This document shows, piece by piece, positions 19,771-28,799 of a stretch of DNA of 64,000 nt. The stretch lies in NCBI GenBank assembly GCA_018221105.1, contig JAAOYA010000001.1, positions 50,812 to 114,811 on the forward strand. The letters run 5' to 3'. Under the pieces are notes generated by a model, which was not told where the DNA came from, did not search any database, and saw nothing but the letters and a program-made list of their open reading frames with translations. The DNA comes from Candidatus Woesearchaeota archaeon. GTDB taxonomy: Archaea; Nanobdellota; Nanobdellia; Woesearchaeales; JAAOYA01. The stretch's first letter is position 1. The number at the start of each line of letters is the position of its first letter. The translations under genes were made by a program, and so were the position numbers.

Positions 19771-20082
19771 ATGCAAACAGCTAGAATAAAACTAATAAGC
19801 AATGACATAGCCCAAGTCAATAGTACTTGCGAGCAAATAAGCGCTATTGCAGAAAAAACTGGCGTGACAATGAAAGGACCAATACCGCTGCCAACAAAAA
19901 AACTTAAACTTACAACCCGCAAATCACCTGATGGTGAAGGCAAGGCTTCTTGGGATCGTTTTGAAATGCGAATCCACAAACGATTAATTGATTTATCAGT
20001 AGATGAAAGAGCATTACGCCTTATCATGAGAATACCAATACCTAAAGGCCTAAACATTGAAATTGAAATGCTTGAAAGATAA
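19771..20082 (+). CDS. rps10: 30S ribosomal protein S10
   Basis: [22 protein letters not shown]...[12 protein letters not shown]. Confidence 0.97.
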   Translation: MQTARIKLISNDIAQVNSTCEQISAIAEKTGVTMKGPIPLPTKKLKLTTRKSPDGEGKASWDRFEMRIHKRLIDLSVDERALRLIMRIPIPKGLNIEIEMLER

Positions 20083-20085
20083 TCA

Positions 20086-20565
20086 TTATTCCTTCTTCTT
20101 CATGACATATCCTGGAGCGTCTACTTTATTTTCTCTCAGATCAAGAACTGGCATACATGATCCTAGTCCAACAGGAAGACCTAAAAGCTTTAAGATATCG
20201 CTAATAGCCTCGCCTTGTTCAACTAAACGATCAATACTTAAATCATGCTCTTCATCAACAACACATTGTCCATCTTTATACTCAGAATAACCATGATTTA
20301 ACAGTGTTCCTTTATGATCAAAAGTGTAAATGTCAATATATTTATCATTTCCTTTCTCTTCAATCATATGGACAATTACAGGTAAAACTTTTGAACTAAT
20401 ATTGGAACTGTTAGGCTTTAACGATGTTCTAATAATATTAAACATTAGACTATGATTTGGAGAAAACTGGTGATTTGCATAAATTTGAAACAGTGAAGCA
20501 TCACTTTGGTTAACTTGCACTTCAAGACTTTCGATTTCAAAAGGTTTATTTTCTTGTGAGGACAT
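20086..20565 (-). CDS. Hypothetical protein
   Basis: 159-aa orphan, convergent with rps10. Confidence 0.55.
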   Translation of the reverse strand: MSSQENKPFEIESLEVQVNQSDASLFQIYANHQFSPNHSLMFNIIRTSLKPNSSNISSKVLPVIVHMIEEKGNDKYIDIYTFDHKGTLLNHGYSEYKDGQCVVDEEHDLSIDRLVEQGEAISDILKLLGLPVGLGSCMPVLDLRENKVDAPGYVMKKKE

Positions 20566-20608
20566 GGTGCTTTTGATGATAAGTTATATTTAATTCTTAT
20601 GCAAAATT

Positions 20609-20630
20609 TGCCAAAAACTTTATTAAATAA
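20609..20630 (+). repeat. 22-bp direct repeat, copy 1 (BRE+TATA)
   Basis: TGCCAAAAACTTTATTAAATAA, identical to 21232-21253. Confidence 0.85.
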
Positions 20631-20648
20631 GAATATTAAGTATGGATT

Positions 20649-21230
20649 ATGACTAACAGAATTTTTATAGTTCACTGTTGGGACGGAAGTCCTAACGACG
20701 GGTGGTATCCTTGGCTAAAAAAAGAATTAGAAACTAATGGCTTTGAAGTGCAAGTTTTACAAATGCCAGAGCCAGAAGAACCAAAAATTGAGACTTGGGT
20801 GTCATATTTACAAGAAGCAGTCGGAGTAGTTGATGAGAACACATACTTTGTCGGTCATTCTATAGGCGCTCAAACAATCATGAGATATTTAGAAGGATTA
20901 GTTGAAGGCTCCAAAGTTGGCGGCGTAGTATTTGTTGGAGGATGGTTCAACTTATTATCCGAGGCAGTTGATGACGAAGAATCACAAGAAATAGCAAAAC
21001 CGTGGCTAACAAAAAAAATAGACTTTGAGAAAGTCAAAAACACAACCGACAAGTTTATAGCAATATTTTCTGACGATGACTACTTCGTGCCATTAACAGA
21101 CAAAGAATTATTCGAAGAGCGTTTAGGCGCGAAAACAATGGTTGAAGTAAAAAAAGGACATTTTAGCGAAGATGACGGAGTTAAAGAATTGCCAATAGTA
21201 TTAGATTCTGTTTTAGAATTATCTAACTAA
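20649..21230 (+). CDS. RBBP9/YdeN-family alpha/beta hydrolase
   Basis: IVHCWDGSPNDGWYPWL, VGHSIGA (GxSxG), SDDDYFVP, GHF. Confidence 0.9.
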   Translation: MTNRIFIVHCWDGSPNDGWYPWLKKELETNGFEVQVLQMPEPEEPKIETWVSYLQEAVGVVDENTYFVGHSIGAQTIMRYLEGLVEGSKVGGVVFVGGWFNLLSEAVDDEESQEIAKPWLTKKIDFEKVKNTTDKFIAIFSDDDYFVPLTDKELFEERLGAKTMVEVKKGHFSEDDGVKELPIVLDSVLELSN

Positions 21231-21231
21231 C

Positions 21232-21253
21232 TGCCAAAAACTTTATTAAATAA
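21232..21253 (+). repeat. 22-bp direct repeat, copy 2 (tRNA-Ser promoter)
   Basis: Identical to 20609-20630; ends 21 nt before the tRNA 5' end. Confidence 0.85.
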
Positions 21254-21274
21254 TCAGAATTCTAACAGTTTAAT

Positions 21275-21398
21275 GCCAGCGTCGCATAGCCTGGAAACGA
21301 CAAAAATAGAGTTTTGCCTGTTTTGTTGTTGGGCAATATTGCGCAAGATTGGAAATCTTGTCCCTTTGGGATCCCCGGTTCAAATCCGGGCGCTGGCG
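21275..21398 (+). tRNA. tRNA-Ser(GGA) with a 42-nt non-canonical D-loop intron (21295-21336)
   Basis: Acceptor GCCAGCG/CGCTGGC; anticodon arm CAAGA-TTGGAAA-TCTTG; variable arm TCCC-TTT-GGGA; T arm CCCGG-TTCAAAT-CCGGG. BHB-like motif: GCCT/GGGC helix with GGA and AAT bulges. Splicing restores the D-loop AGCCTGGTA. CCA is not encoded. Confidence 0.92.
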
Positions 21399-21444
21399 TT
21401 ATTTAGTAAGCTTTATATATTAAACTGGAATTCTCGACTTTATC

Positions 21445-21738
21445 ATGGTACAAAGAGTTGGTGGAGCACGCCGTAAGACGCGCACCAAAATGAAAAAGCC
21501 TATCCGTAAAAAAGGCAAAATAAGTATTTCAAAATATTTTGCAGTGTACAAAGAAGGCGAAAAAGTATTATTGAATGCTGAGCCTGCAGTACAAAAAGGC
21601 ATATATAGTCTGCGAGAGCACGGAAGACTAGGCGTTATCACAGGCAAGCGAGGAGCTTGTTATTTAGTAGACGTCAAAGTCGGAAACACTAAAACAAAAC
21701 AATTCATTGTGCACCCAGTGCACCTAAAAAAAGCGTGA
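21445..21738 (+). CDS. rpl21e: 50S ribosomal protein L21e
   Basis: RRKTRTKMKK...EPAVQKG...GVITGKRG...VHPVHLK. Confidence 0.96.
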   Translation: MVQRVGGARRKTRTKMKKPIRKKGKISISKYFAVYKEGEKVLLNAEPAVQKGIYSLREHGRLGVITGKRGACYLVDVKVGNTKTKQFIVHPVHLKKA

Positions 21739-21743
21739 TTAAA

Positions 21744-22088
21744 ATGAGCAAACCACAAGTACTATCGGAAAAACCAGTAAGCCTATCACAAACTAACAGT
21801 GAAATAAGCAAGATAAAAAAGCGTGATGAAGGACTAAACTTTAGAGCGCAAAAAGTTGAAGAGTACTTGCAACAATCAAAACCATTAAGCACAAAAAAAG
21901 CTGATGATTTAGTAAAAGCTCTTGAAAAGCTTGACATTCCAAGATTAAAAGAAATTCACATCATAAAAATTGTTGATTTACTGCCACAAAAAATTGAGGA
22001 TTTGAAAGTAATACTTCAAGGTTACGTGCAAACAATTAACGCTGACAACATGAAAAAAATCATAGAAGTTGTCTCAAAGCAAGCATAA
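21744..22088 (+). CDS. rpoF: RNA polymerase subunit Rpo4 (RpoF)
   Basis: LNFRAQKVEEYLQ...IKIVDLLPQKIEDLKVIL; conserved position after rpl21e; ATG 21744. Confidence 0.9.
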   Translation: MSKPQVLSEKPVSLSQTNSEISKIKKRDEGLNFRAQKVEEYLQQSKPLSTKKADDLVKALEKLDIPRLKEIHIIKIVDLLPQKIEDLKVILQGYVQTINADNMKKIIEVVSKQA

Positions 22089-22154
22089 ACTTTTTTTCTT
22101 TACAAAAAACTTATAAATATTCATGACACAATAATATGAACTAAGGGTTGGCCA

Positions 22155-22718
22155 ATGGAAACAATAAGAAAAACTCGCGAAGAAACAGCTATAGTGCTAG
22201 ACTACCTGCCAAACGGCTATTCTTTTGACAAAAGGCCAAGCCACAAAAAAACAGCTATAGCGCAAGTTATTGGAAAACAACGTTTCAGCCTTTTAGAAGT
22301 GGTTCCAAAAAAAGAAATCATGCTGCAACCGAACGAAGAAGTCTATATAGGTGACGGCAAAAGAGAAAAAATCCATCACGTACTAGGAAAACTACCTTAT
22401 ACAAAACTAACCAATAGTGCGAAAGCGGAAGTTGAATATATAGTGAAAGATTTGGTTGAAGCAAACCAAGCACAATTCATAAATTTTTTTAACAATTCAC
22501 AAGCATTATCAACAAGGATGCACCAATTAGAATTATTGCCAGGGCTTGGGAAAAAACACATGTGGGAAATACTTGATGAGCGCAAAGAACAAGAATTCTC
22601 AACCTTTGAAGACTTAAAAAGTCGTGTAAAACTAATGCCTGACCCTAAAAAAGCAATTATTAAAAGAATAATATTAGAATTAGAAGGCAACGAAAAATAT
22701 CGTTTGTTCACAGAATAA
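22155..22718 (+). CDS. DUF655 family putative RNA-binding protein
   Basis: VLDYLPNGY...FSLLEV...RMHQLELLPGLGKKHMWEILDER; conserved position after rpoF. Confidence 0.92.
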   Translation: METIRKTREETAIVLDYLPNGYSFDKRPSHKKTAIAQVIGKQRFSLLEVVPKKEIMLQPNEEVYIGDGKREKIHHVLGKLPYTKLTNSAKAEVEYIVKDLVEANQAQFINFFNNSQALSTRMHQLELLPGLGKKHMWEILDERKEQEFSTFEDLKSRVKLMPDPKKAIIKRIILELEGNEKYRLFTE

Positions 22719-22719
22719 A

Positions 22720-23292
22720 ATGCAATGGAGAAAAGTATTACAATCGAATGACGTGCTGATTTTTGAGAAGAAAAAATCAGAGTTCACAATCAGAATAGAG
22801 GCACGACTAGTTGAGGGTGAGTGGGAAGTAATAAAAAAATATTATGGCAATGTGAATTTTTCTGAAGAATATTATGCTGATACAAAAAAAGAAACATTAC
22901 AGTTAATAACACAATTAAAAAGTGAAAAAGACCTGCAAACAAAAGACATCGAGAGAATCAAGAAATTACGCTCGAAAAATTTGCGCATAAACGCAAAAAG
23001 AGCTTACAAAGATACAAGCGTTGAAAAATGGTACATTTATATCAACAACAAAGAAAGTGGGTTTGCAATCATTCGCTATGATGATCAAACACTAATAGAT
23101 GTTGTAGTGCAAGAAAAATATCGTTATTTAGAAGACAAAATACTTGATGAATTAACAAAAATTTTAGGTCTTGACGATGTGGCTTATGAAATAGTGCAAA
23201 ATGTTTACTTTTACAACAAAAGCACTAATTACACTACTGAAACTGTCAAAAGCATCTCCTTAGAAGAGTTGGATTTTGACGAAGCAGAATAA
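22720..23292 (+). CDS. Hypothetical protein
   Basis: 190-aa ORF starting 1 nt after the DUF655 stop. Confidence 0.65.
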   Translation: MQWRKVLQSNDVLIFEKKKSEFTIRIEARLVEGEWEVIKKYYGNVNFSEEYYADTKKETLQLITQLKSEKDLQTKDIERIKKLRSKNLRINAKRAYKDTSVEKWYIYINNKESGFAIIRYDDQTLIDVVVQEKYRYLEDKILDELTKILGLDDVAYEIVQNVYFYNKSTNYTTETVKSISLEELDFDEAE

Positions 23293-23330
23293 CAATACCT
23301 TTTTTAAATAATCACTTAATTCTACAAACT

Positions 23331-23984
23331 ATGAAAACAGTCTTTATAGAAGCTAAAGCTAAAGTGAAAGTAGATTTTAGTAGTGTGCTGGAACAATTAC
23401 CAAAAAAATTGGTTCTTGCGACAACAGTACAATTTATAGACCAATTAGACAGTATGAAAAAACAATTAATTGATGCTGGCATCAATGTTAGTTTACTAAA
23501 AGGCACTCGTCAAACAACACTTGGCCACATGCTAGGATGCACTAAAACAAATAATACTGGACCTTTTTTATATGTTGGTGATGGATTGTTTCACCCAAAA
23601 CAATTATTGTATCAAACAAAAGCAGAAGTTATTGTTTTCAACCCTTACAATGAGCAACTAACAATATTGGATCAAAAAATTGTTGAGTCAATGAATAAAA
23701 AAGTAAAAGCAGGACTTGTAAAATTTTACTCTGCAAAAAATGTTGGAATACTCGTGAGCACAAAACCAGGCCAGAATGAATTAAAAAAAGCTATTGAACT
23801 AAAAAAAACAATAGAGGAAAAAGACAAGTCAGCCTATATTTTAATCGATGATACATTTGATTTTGACAGTTTAGAAAATTTTAATTTTATTGACGTATTT
23901 GTCAATACTGCTTGTGTTAGAGTGGGTGTTGATGACAGTATTCGATTGCCAAAACCAGTTCTTAACATTGAAGATTTAAAATGA
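23331..23984 (+). CDS. dph2: Diphthamide synthesis protein Dph2, short form lacking the N-terminal domain
   Basis: TTVQF, GHMLGC, YVGDGLFHP, GILVSTKPGQ, FVNTACVRV; only 217 aa. Confidence 0.85.
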   Translation: MKTVFIEAKAKVKVDFSSVLEQLPKKLVLATTVQFIDQLDSMKKQLIDAGINVSLLKGTRQTTLGHMLGCTKTNNTGPFLYVGDGLFHPKQLLYQTKAEVIVFNPYNEQLTILDQKIVESMNKKVKAGLVKFYSAKNVGILVSTKPGQNELKKAIELKKTIEEKDKSAYILIDDTFDFDSLENFNFIDVFVNTACVRVGVDDSIRLPKPVLNIEDLK

Positions 23985-25183
23985 GAAAGCCAGAACTTTT
24001 AGCGCCAGTAGGCAGCATTGAATCATTGCAAGCAGCAATTGATGGCGGGGCTGACGCAGTATACTTTGGAGTTAAAGAGTTAAACATGCGCGCAAACGCT
24101 AAAAACTTTGAAGTCGGACAATTAAAAAAAATCGTAAAACTTTGCCATGATAACAATGTAAAAGCATTCTTGACACTCAACACAATAATCTATGACGATG
24201 AACTAACAAAAGCAAAAAAAGTATTACAAGAAGCAAAAAACGCAAAAGTTGACGCGATAATTTGTTGGGATCAAAGCATAATAAAACTGGCTCGCGAGCT
24301 AGGCTTAGAGATTCACATTTCAACACAAGCATCAATTGCAAACAGTCAAGCAGCAATTCAATACGAACAATTAGGCGCTAAAAGAATCATTTTAGCTCGC
24401 GAGTGCACATTAGAACAAATAAAAAAAATCAAAAAAAATACAAGCGTACAGGTTGAAGTTTTTGTTCACGGAGCAATGTGTGTGGCAGTCAGCGGTCGTT
24501 GTTTTACAAGCCAATTCTTGTACAATCGCAGCGCAAATCGTGGTGATTGCTTGCAGCCTTGCAGGCGAGAATACAAAATTATAGATTTAGAAGAAGATCA
24601 CGAATTAATCCTGGACAAAGGTTTTGTCATGAGCCCAAAAGACTTGTGCACAATAGAAATACTTGACAAAATAATTGATAGTGGTGTTGACTCACTAAAA
24701 ATTGAAGGACGAATGAGAGGACCAGAATACACAAAAACAGTTGTTAGCGCTTACCGCAAAGCCATTGACGCTCACGCAAAAGGAAAGCTTGACAAAAAAC
24801 TGAAAACTCAATTGTTAAAACAATTAAAAACAGTTTATAATCGTGGGTTATCAACTGGGTTTTACAATGGAATGCCAATTGACGAGTGGGCTGGAGTTTA
24901 TGGCAGCAAAGCAACAACAAAAAAAGAATACATTGGACTTGTCAAGAATTTTTATAAAAAAATTAGTGTTGCAGAAATAAAAATCGAAGCAGGAAAACTA
25001 CAAACTGGAGATGAAATGCTAATAACAGGTGTGACTACGGGAGCACACTATTTTACTGCAAATCAATTGCAAGTGGATAATAAAACAGTTAAAACAGCAA
25101 AAAAAGGAGAACGTGTCGGAGTCAAACTACCATTTAGCACTAGAACCAATGATAAAGTATTCAAAATTTCGAAAACTTTATAA
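23981..25183 (+). CDS. U32 'peptidase' family Fe-S protein (TrhP/RlhA-like RNA hydroxylase)
   Basis: PELLAPVGS, GADAVYFG, HGAMCVAVSGRC, NRGDCLQPCRR, SLKIEGR; C-terminal beta-barrel. Confidence 0.9.
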   Translation: MRKPELLAPVGSIESLQAAIDGGADAVYFGVKELNMRANAKNFEVGQLKKIVKLCHDNNVKAFLTLNTIIYDDELTKAKKVLQEAKNAKVDAIICWDQSIIKLARELGLEIHISTQASIANSQAAIQYEQLGAKRIILARECTLEQIKKIKKNTSVQVEVFVHGAMCVAVSGRCFTSQFLYNRSANRGDCLQPCRREYKIIDLEEDHELILDKGFVMSPKDLCTIEILDKIIDSGVDSLKIEGRMRGPEYTKTVVSAYRKAIDAHAKGKLDKKLKTQLLKQLKTVYNRGLSTGFYNGMPIDEWAGVYGSKATTKKEYIGLVKNFYKKISVAEIKIEAGKLQTGDEMLITGVTTGAHYFTANQLQVDNKTVKTAKKGERVGVKLPFSTRTNDKVFKISKTL

Positions 25184-25255
25184 ATAATACCAGGTTTTCT
25201 AAGGTTTAACAGGTGATATTTATTCTCGACAAAATAATAAGAGATCGTGATTTTA

Positions 25256-25915
25256 ATGGAAAAAGAAATTAAAGACAAGATTCACAAGACAGGAACAACA
25301 ACACTAGTGATAAAATGCGCCGATGGCATAGTTGTTGGAGCTGACATGCGTCGAACACTAGGCGGTCAAATAAGAGCTGGTAAAGTAGAAAAAATTCATT
25401 ATTTAACAGATAATGTAATAACAACTTGGGCCGGCAATGTTTCGGACATACAATTACTTACAAAACTAATAAAAGCAGAATTACGATTAAAAGAATTAAG
25501 AACTAATAACCAGGCAACAATGAAAGAAATAGCAAATCTTGTTGCAGGAATAGTTTACCAACATATTAGAACTCCTGCAATGTGGCTTGCAGTAACAAGT
25601 TTTTCAGTTGCAGGCTTTGACGCTAAAGGTTACAGTGCATACGAAATTGGAATTGACGGCAGTGTTAGCGAAATTGATACTTTTGACGCTGGCGGCAGTG
25701 GAATGTTCTTTGTAATGGGCTCACTAGAAAAAGAATACCACGACTCTTTAACAACAGAACAAGGCATTAAACTTGCAGAAAAAGCATTACAGTCAAGTAT
25801 TGGTCGTGACGTTGCTTCAGGCGACGGTTACATAATTTACACTGTAAAACAAGATACTATCAAAAAAGTCTTTGAAAAAGAATACAAAGAGACCATTGTA
25901 GAAAAAACTAAGTGA
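25256..25915 (+). CDS. psmB: Proteasome beta subunit
   Basis: Propeptide ending KTG then TTT (catalytic Thr1), GADMR, GSG; adjacent to aCPSF1 as in many archaea. Confidence 0.93.
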   Translation: MEKEIKDKIHKTGTTTLVIKCADGIVVGADMRRTLGGQIRAGKVEKIHYLTDNVITTWAGNVSDIQLLTKLIKAELRLKELRTNNQATMKEIANLVAGIVYQHIRTPAMWLAVTSFSVAGFDAKGYSAYEIGIDGSVSEIDTFDAGGSGMFFVMGSLEKEYHDSLTTEQGIKLAEKALQSSIGRDVASGDGYIIYTVKQDTIKKVFEKEYKETIVEKTK

Positions 25916-25972
25916 TTCTAAAAAAATCCTTTTCAAAAACACTATTCTGAAAATTCAAATAAGGAAAAGACA

Positions 25973-27877
25973 ATGACTAGTGAAATAATAAAAGAAATAC
26001 TAAAAACTATTCCTGATGGAAAAATTAGTGAAGCAACCTTTGAAGGTGCAAACATCGTACTTTACACTAAAGATAGAAAATTCTTTTTAGATGATGAAGG
26101 TTTGATCAAAAGTATAGTTGATAAAATAAAAAAACGTATAGAACTGCGACCTGACACTAGTATTTGTATAGAGTCAGAAAAAGCAGAAGAAGAAATAAGA
26201 AAATTAATACCTAAAGAAGCAGGTGTTGACAACTTAATTTTTGACGCTCGACGTTCAATAGTAATTATTGAAGCTGAAAAGCCAGGAATGACTATTGGAA
26301 AGCAAGGCAGTATACTAAAAGATATTAAAGAAAAAACTTTTTGGGTTCCAGTAATCAAAAGAACTCCCCCTATACGTTCAAAAATTGTTGAAGATATTAG
26401 AGCAGTGCTTTACGAGAACAGTGATGAGAGAAGAAATTTTTTAGCAAACACTGGAAAACGGGTGTATAACGGTTGGATTCGTGGCAAAAAGCATGAGTGG
26501 ATTCGATTAACACAATTAGGTGGTGGCCGCCAAGTTGGTCGCTCAAGTATTTTATTGCAAACTCCTGAATCAAGAATTTTGATAGATTGTGGTGTTAACG
26601 TAGCAGCAAATGATGATAGTGCGTACCCGCACCTTGAAGCACCTGACTTTAGAATTGACGAGTTAGACGCTGTAATTATTAGTCATTCGCATTTGGATCA
26701 TTGTGGTTTTTTGCCGTACTTGTTCAAGTATGGTTACAAAGGGCCTGTTTATTGTACTGCTCCAACACGTGACGTGATGAGCCTATTACTTTTAGATTAT
26801 GTCAAAATCATGCGCTCTGAGGGCGTTAAAGAACCTATTTTTTCAACAGATGATATTAAAGAAATGGTAAAACACACTATCCCGCTAGAGTACGGAGAAG
26901 TATCTGATATCACGCCAGACGTTAGGATCACATTATATAATGCAGGACACATTTTGGGTAGTAGTTTAGTGCACGTTCACATTGGCAACGGACTTCATAA
27001 TTTTGTGTACACTGGCGATTTCAAATATCAAAGAAGTCAATTGTTAGATTCTGCAAATAACAAATTTCCACGAGTTGAAACATTGATGATTGAAGCAACT
27101 TACGGTGGCAAAGATAACAATTTACCTTCACGTCAAGCTAATGAGGAATACCTTGCAAAAATTATTATGGATACCACAAAGCGTGGCGGTAAAGTATTAA
27201 TTCCTGTTTTGGGTGTTGGGCGTGCTCAGGAAGTGATGATGATAGTGCACCAATTAGTAAAAAATAAGAAGATGGATCCAATGCCGATTCACATTGATGG
27301 AATGGTTTGGGATATCACAGCAATTCACACTGCGTACCCTGAATTTTTAAATGCTGGCGTTCGTAAAATGATTTTTCACAAAGACCAAAATCCTTTTTTG
27401 GACCCGATGTTCACACGTGTCGGCAGTGTTAAGGAGAGAAAACAATTATTAGAAGATACTGGCCCTGCCGTTATAATGGCAACTAGTGGAATGCTTGTTG
27501 GCGGACCATCGGTTGAATACTTGAAATACTTAGCAGATAATAAAAAGAACAGTTTAGTTTTCGTGTCATTTCAAGGAGAAGGAAGTCTTGGGCGACGTAT
27601 TCAGCGTGGCGAGCGAGAAATAATGATGTCTCTTGGCGGCAACAAGACTGAGACTATGAAAATCAATATTGAAATTCATACTATTGAAGGTTTCACAGGT
27701 CACGCAGGCAGGCAAGAGCTCACTGCTTACGTTCACCGTTGTGACCCAAAACCTAAAAAAGTTATTATTAATCATGGTGAGAGCAGCAAATGTATTGATT
27801 TAGCGTCAACAATTCATAAAAGCATGCGCATTGAAACTATTGCTCCAAGAAACCTAGAAACAATCAGGTTAAAGTAG
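25973..27877 (+). CDS. aCPSF1 beta-CASP ribonuclease with N-terminal KH domains
   Basis: KH-containing N-terminus; SHSHLDHCG, NAGHILGS, YTGD, EATYG, FTGH. Confidence 0.96.
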   Translation: MTSEIIKEILKTIPDGKISEATFEGANIVLYTKDRKFFLDDEGLIKSIVDKIKKRIELRPDTSICIESEKAEEEIRKLIPKEAGVDNLIFDARRSIVIIEAEKPGMTIGKQGSILKDIKEKTFWVPVIKRTPPIRSKIVEDIRAVLYENSDERRNFLANTGKRVYNGWIRGKKHEWIRLTQLGGGRQVGRSSILLQTPESRILIDCGVNVAANDDSAYPHLEAPDFRIDELDAVIISHSHLDHCGFLPYLFKYGYKGPVYCTAPTRDVMSLLLLDYVKIMRSEGVKEPIFSTDDIKEMVKHTIPLEYGEVSDITPDVRITLYNAGHILGSSLVHVHIGNGLHNFVYTGDFKYQRSQLLDSANNKFPRVETLMIEATYGGKDNNLPSRQANEEYLAKIIMDTTKRGGKVLIPVLGVGRAQEVMMIVHQLVKNKKMDPMPIHIDGMVWDITAIHTAYPEFLNAGVRKMIFHKDQNPFLDPMFTRVGSVKERKQLLEDTGPAVIMATSGMLVGGPSVEYLKYLADNKKNSLVFVSFQGEGSLGRRIQRGEREIMMSLGGNKTETMKINIEIHTIEGFTGHAGRQELTAYVHRCDPKPKKVIINHGESSKCIDLASTIHKSMRIETIAPRNLETIRLK

Positions 27878-27912
27878 ATACTTTTTTAAAATAATTAATT
27901 CTTTGTTGTTTT

Positions 27913-28794
27913 ATGGAGGGATTTGAAGATTTTATTAAAGCTGGCAATGTTGCAGCACAAGCTTTAGAGTATGGTCGCAAACTAATCAAGGTTGACGCTA
28001 AAATGTTAGATGTTTGTGATGCAATAGAAAAAAAGATTTTCGAGCTTGGTGGCAAACCAGCATTTCCAGTACAAATCAACCTTAATCAAATAGCAGCACA
28101 TTATTGTCCGACAGACGATGACGCCACAGTTTTTAAAGAAGGTGACGTTGTAAAATTAGATGTTGGAGCGCATGTTGACGGTGCTGTTGGCGATAACGCG
28201 TGCACAGTAGATTTGGGAAATAATTCTGAATTAGTCAAGGCATCGCTTAATGCACTAAACGCTGCAATAAAACTAGCTACTCCTGGCACTACTCTTGGCA
28301 GTATTGGCCAAGCGATAAATAGTGAGATTGAGAGTTCGGGATTCAAGCCAATAGTTAATTTGTCAGGTCATGGCATTGGACGCTTTATCATTCACGGCCC
28401 ACCAACAATTCCAAATTTTGACACTGGAGATAAGACCGAATTAAAAGAAAACCAGACTATTGCTATTGAACCTTTCGCAACTACTGGTGCTGGAAGAGTT
28501 TATGAGAGTGGTCACCCGACAATTTTCATGGTTAAAGCTAAAAAGCCTGCGCGTGGCCCTTTTGCAAGGCAAGTTTTGGCAGAAATTGAAGGTTTTGATG
28601 GACTGCCTTTTGCTAGTAGGTGGGTTAGCGGCAAATTGGGTGTTGGCAGAGCAAAGTTTGGCATTAATGAGCTTGTAAAGCTTGGCGTTCTTCACGGTTT
28701 TCCGCCATTGCCTGAGGAGAAAGGCGGTCTTGTAAGCCAAGCAGAACACAGCATAATAGTAAACGATAAGCCGAAAATAACAACCAAATTATAA
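27913..28794 (+). CDS. map: Methionine aminopeptidase type II
   Basis: AFPVQ, AAHY, KLDVGAHVDGAVGDNA, LSGHG, IEPFAT, QAEH. Confidence 0.96.
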   Translation: MEGFEDFIKAGNVAAQALEYGRKLIKVDAKMLDVCDAIEKKIFELGGKPAFPVQINLNQIAAHYCPTDDDATVFKEGDVVKLDVGAHVDGAVGDNACTVDLGNNSELVKASLNALNAAIKLATPGTTLGSIGQAINSEIESSGFKPIVNLSGHGIGRFIIHGPPTIPNFDTGDKTELKENQTIAIEPFATTGAGRVYESGHPTIFMVKAKKPARGPFARQVLAEIEGFDGLPFASRWVSGKLGVGRAKFGINELVKLGVLHGFPPLPEEKGGLVSQAEHSIIVNDKPKITTKL

Positions 28795-28799
28795 AAAAG

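Noticed and set aside
21273-21476. 67-aa ORF in the track
   Set aside because: It overlies the intron-containing tRNA-Ser and the start of rpl21e; spurious.
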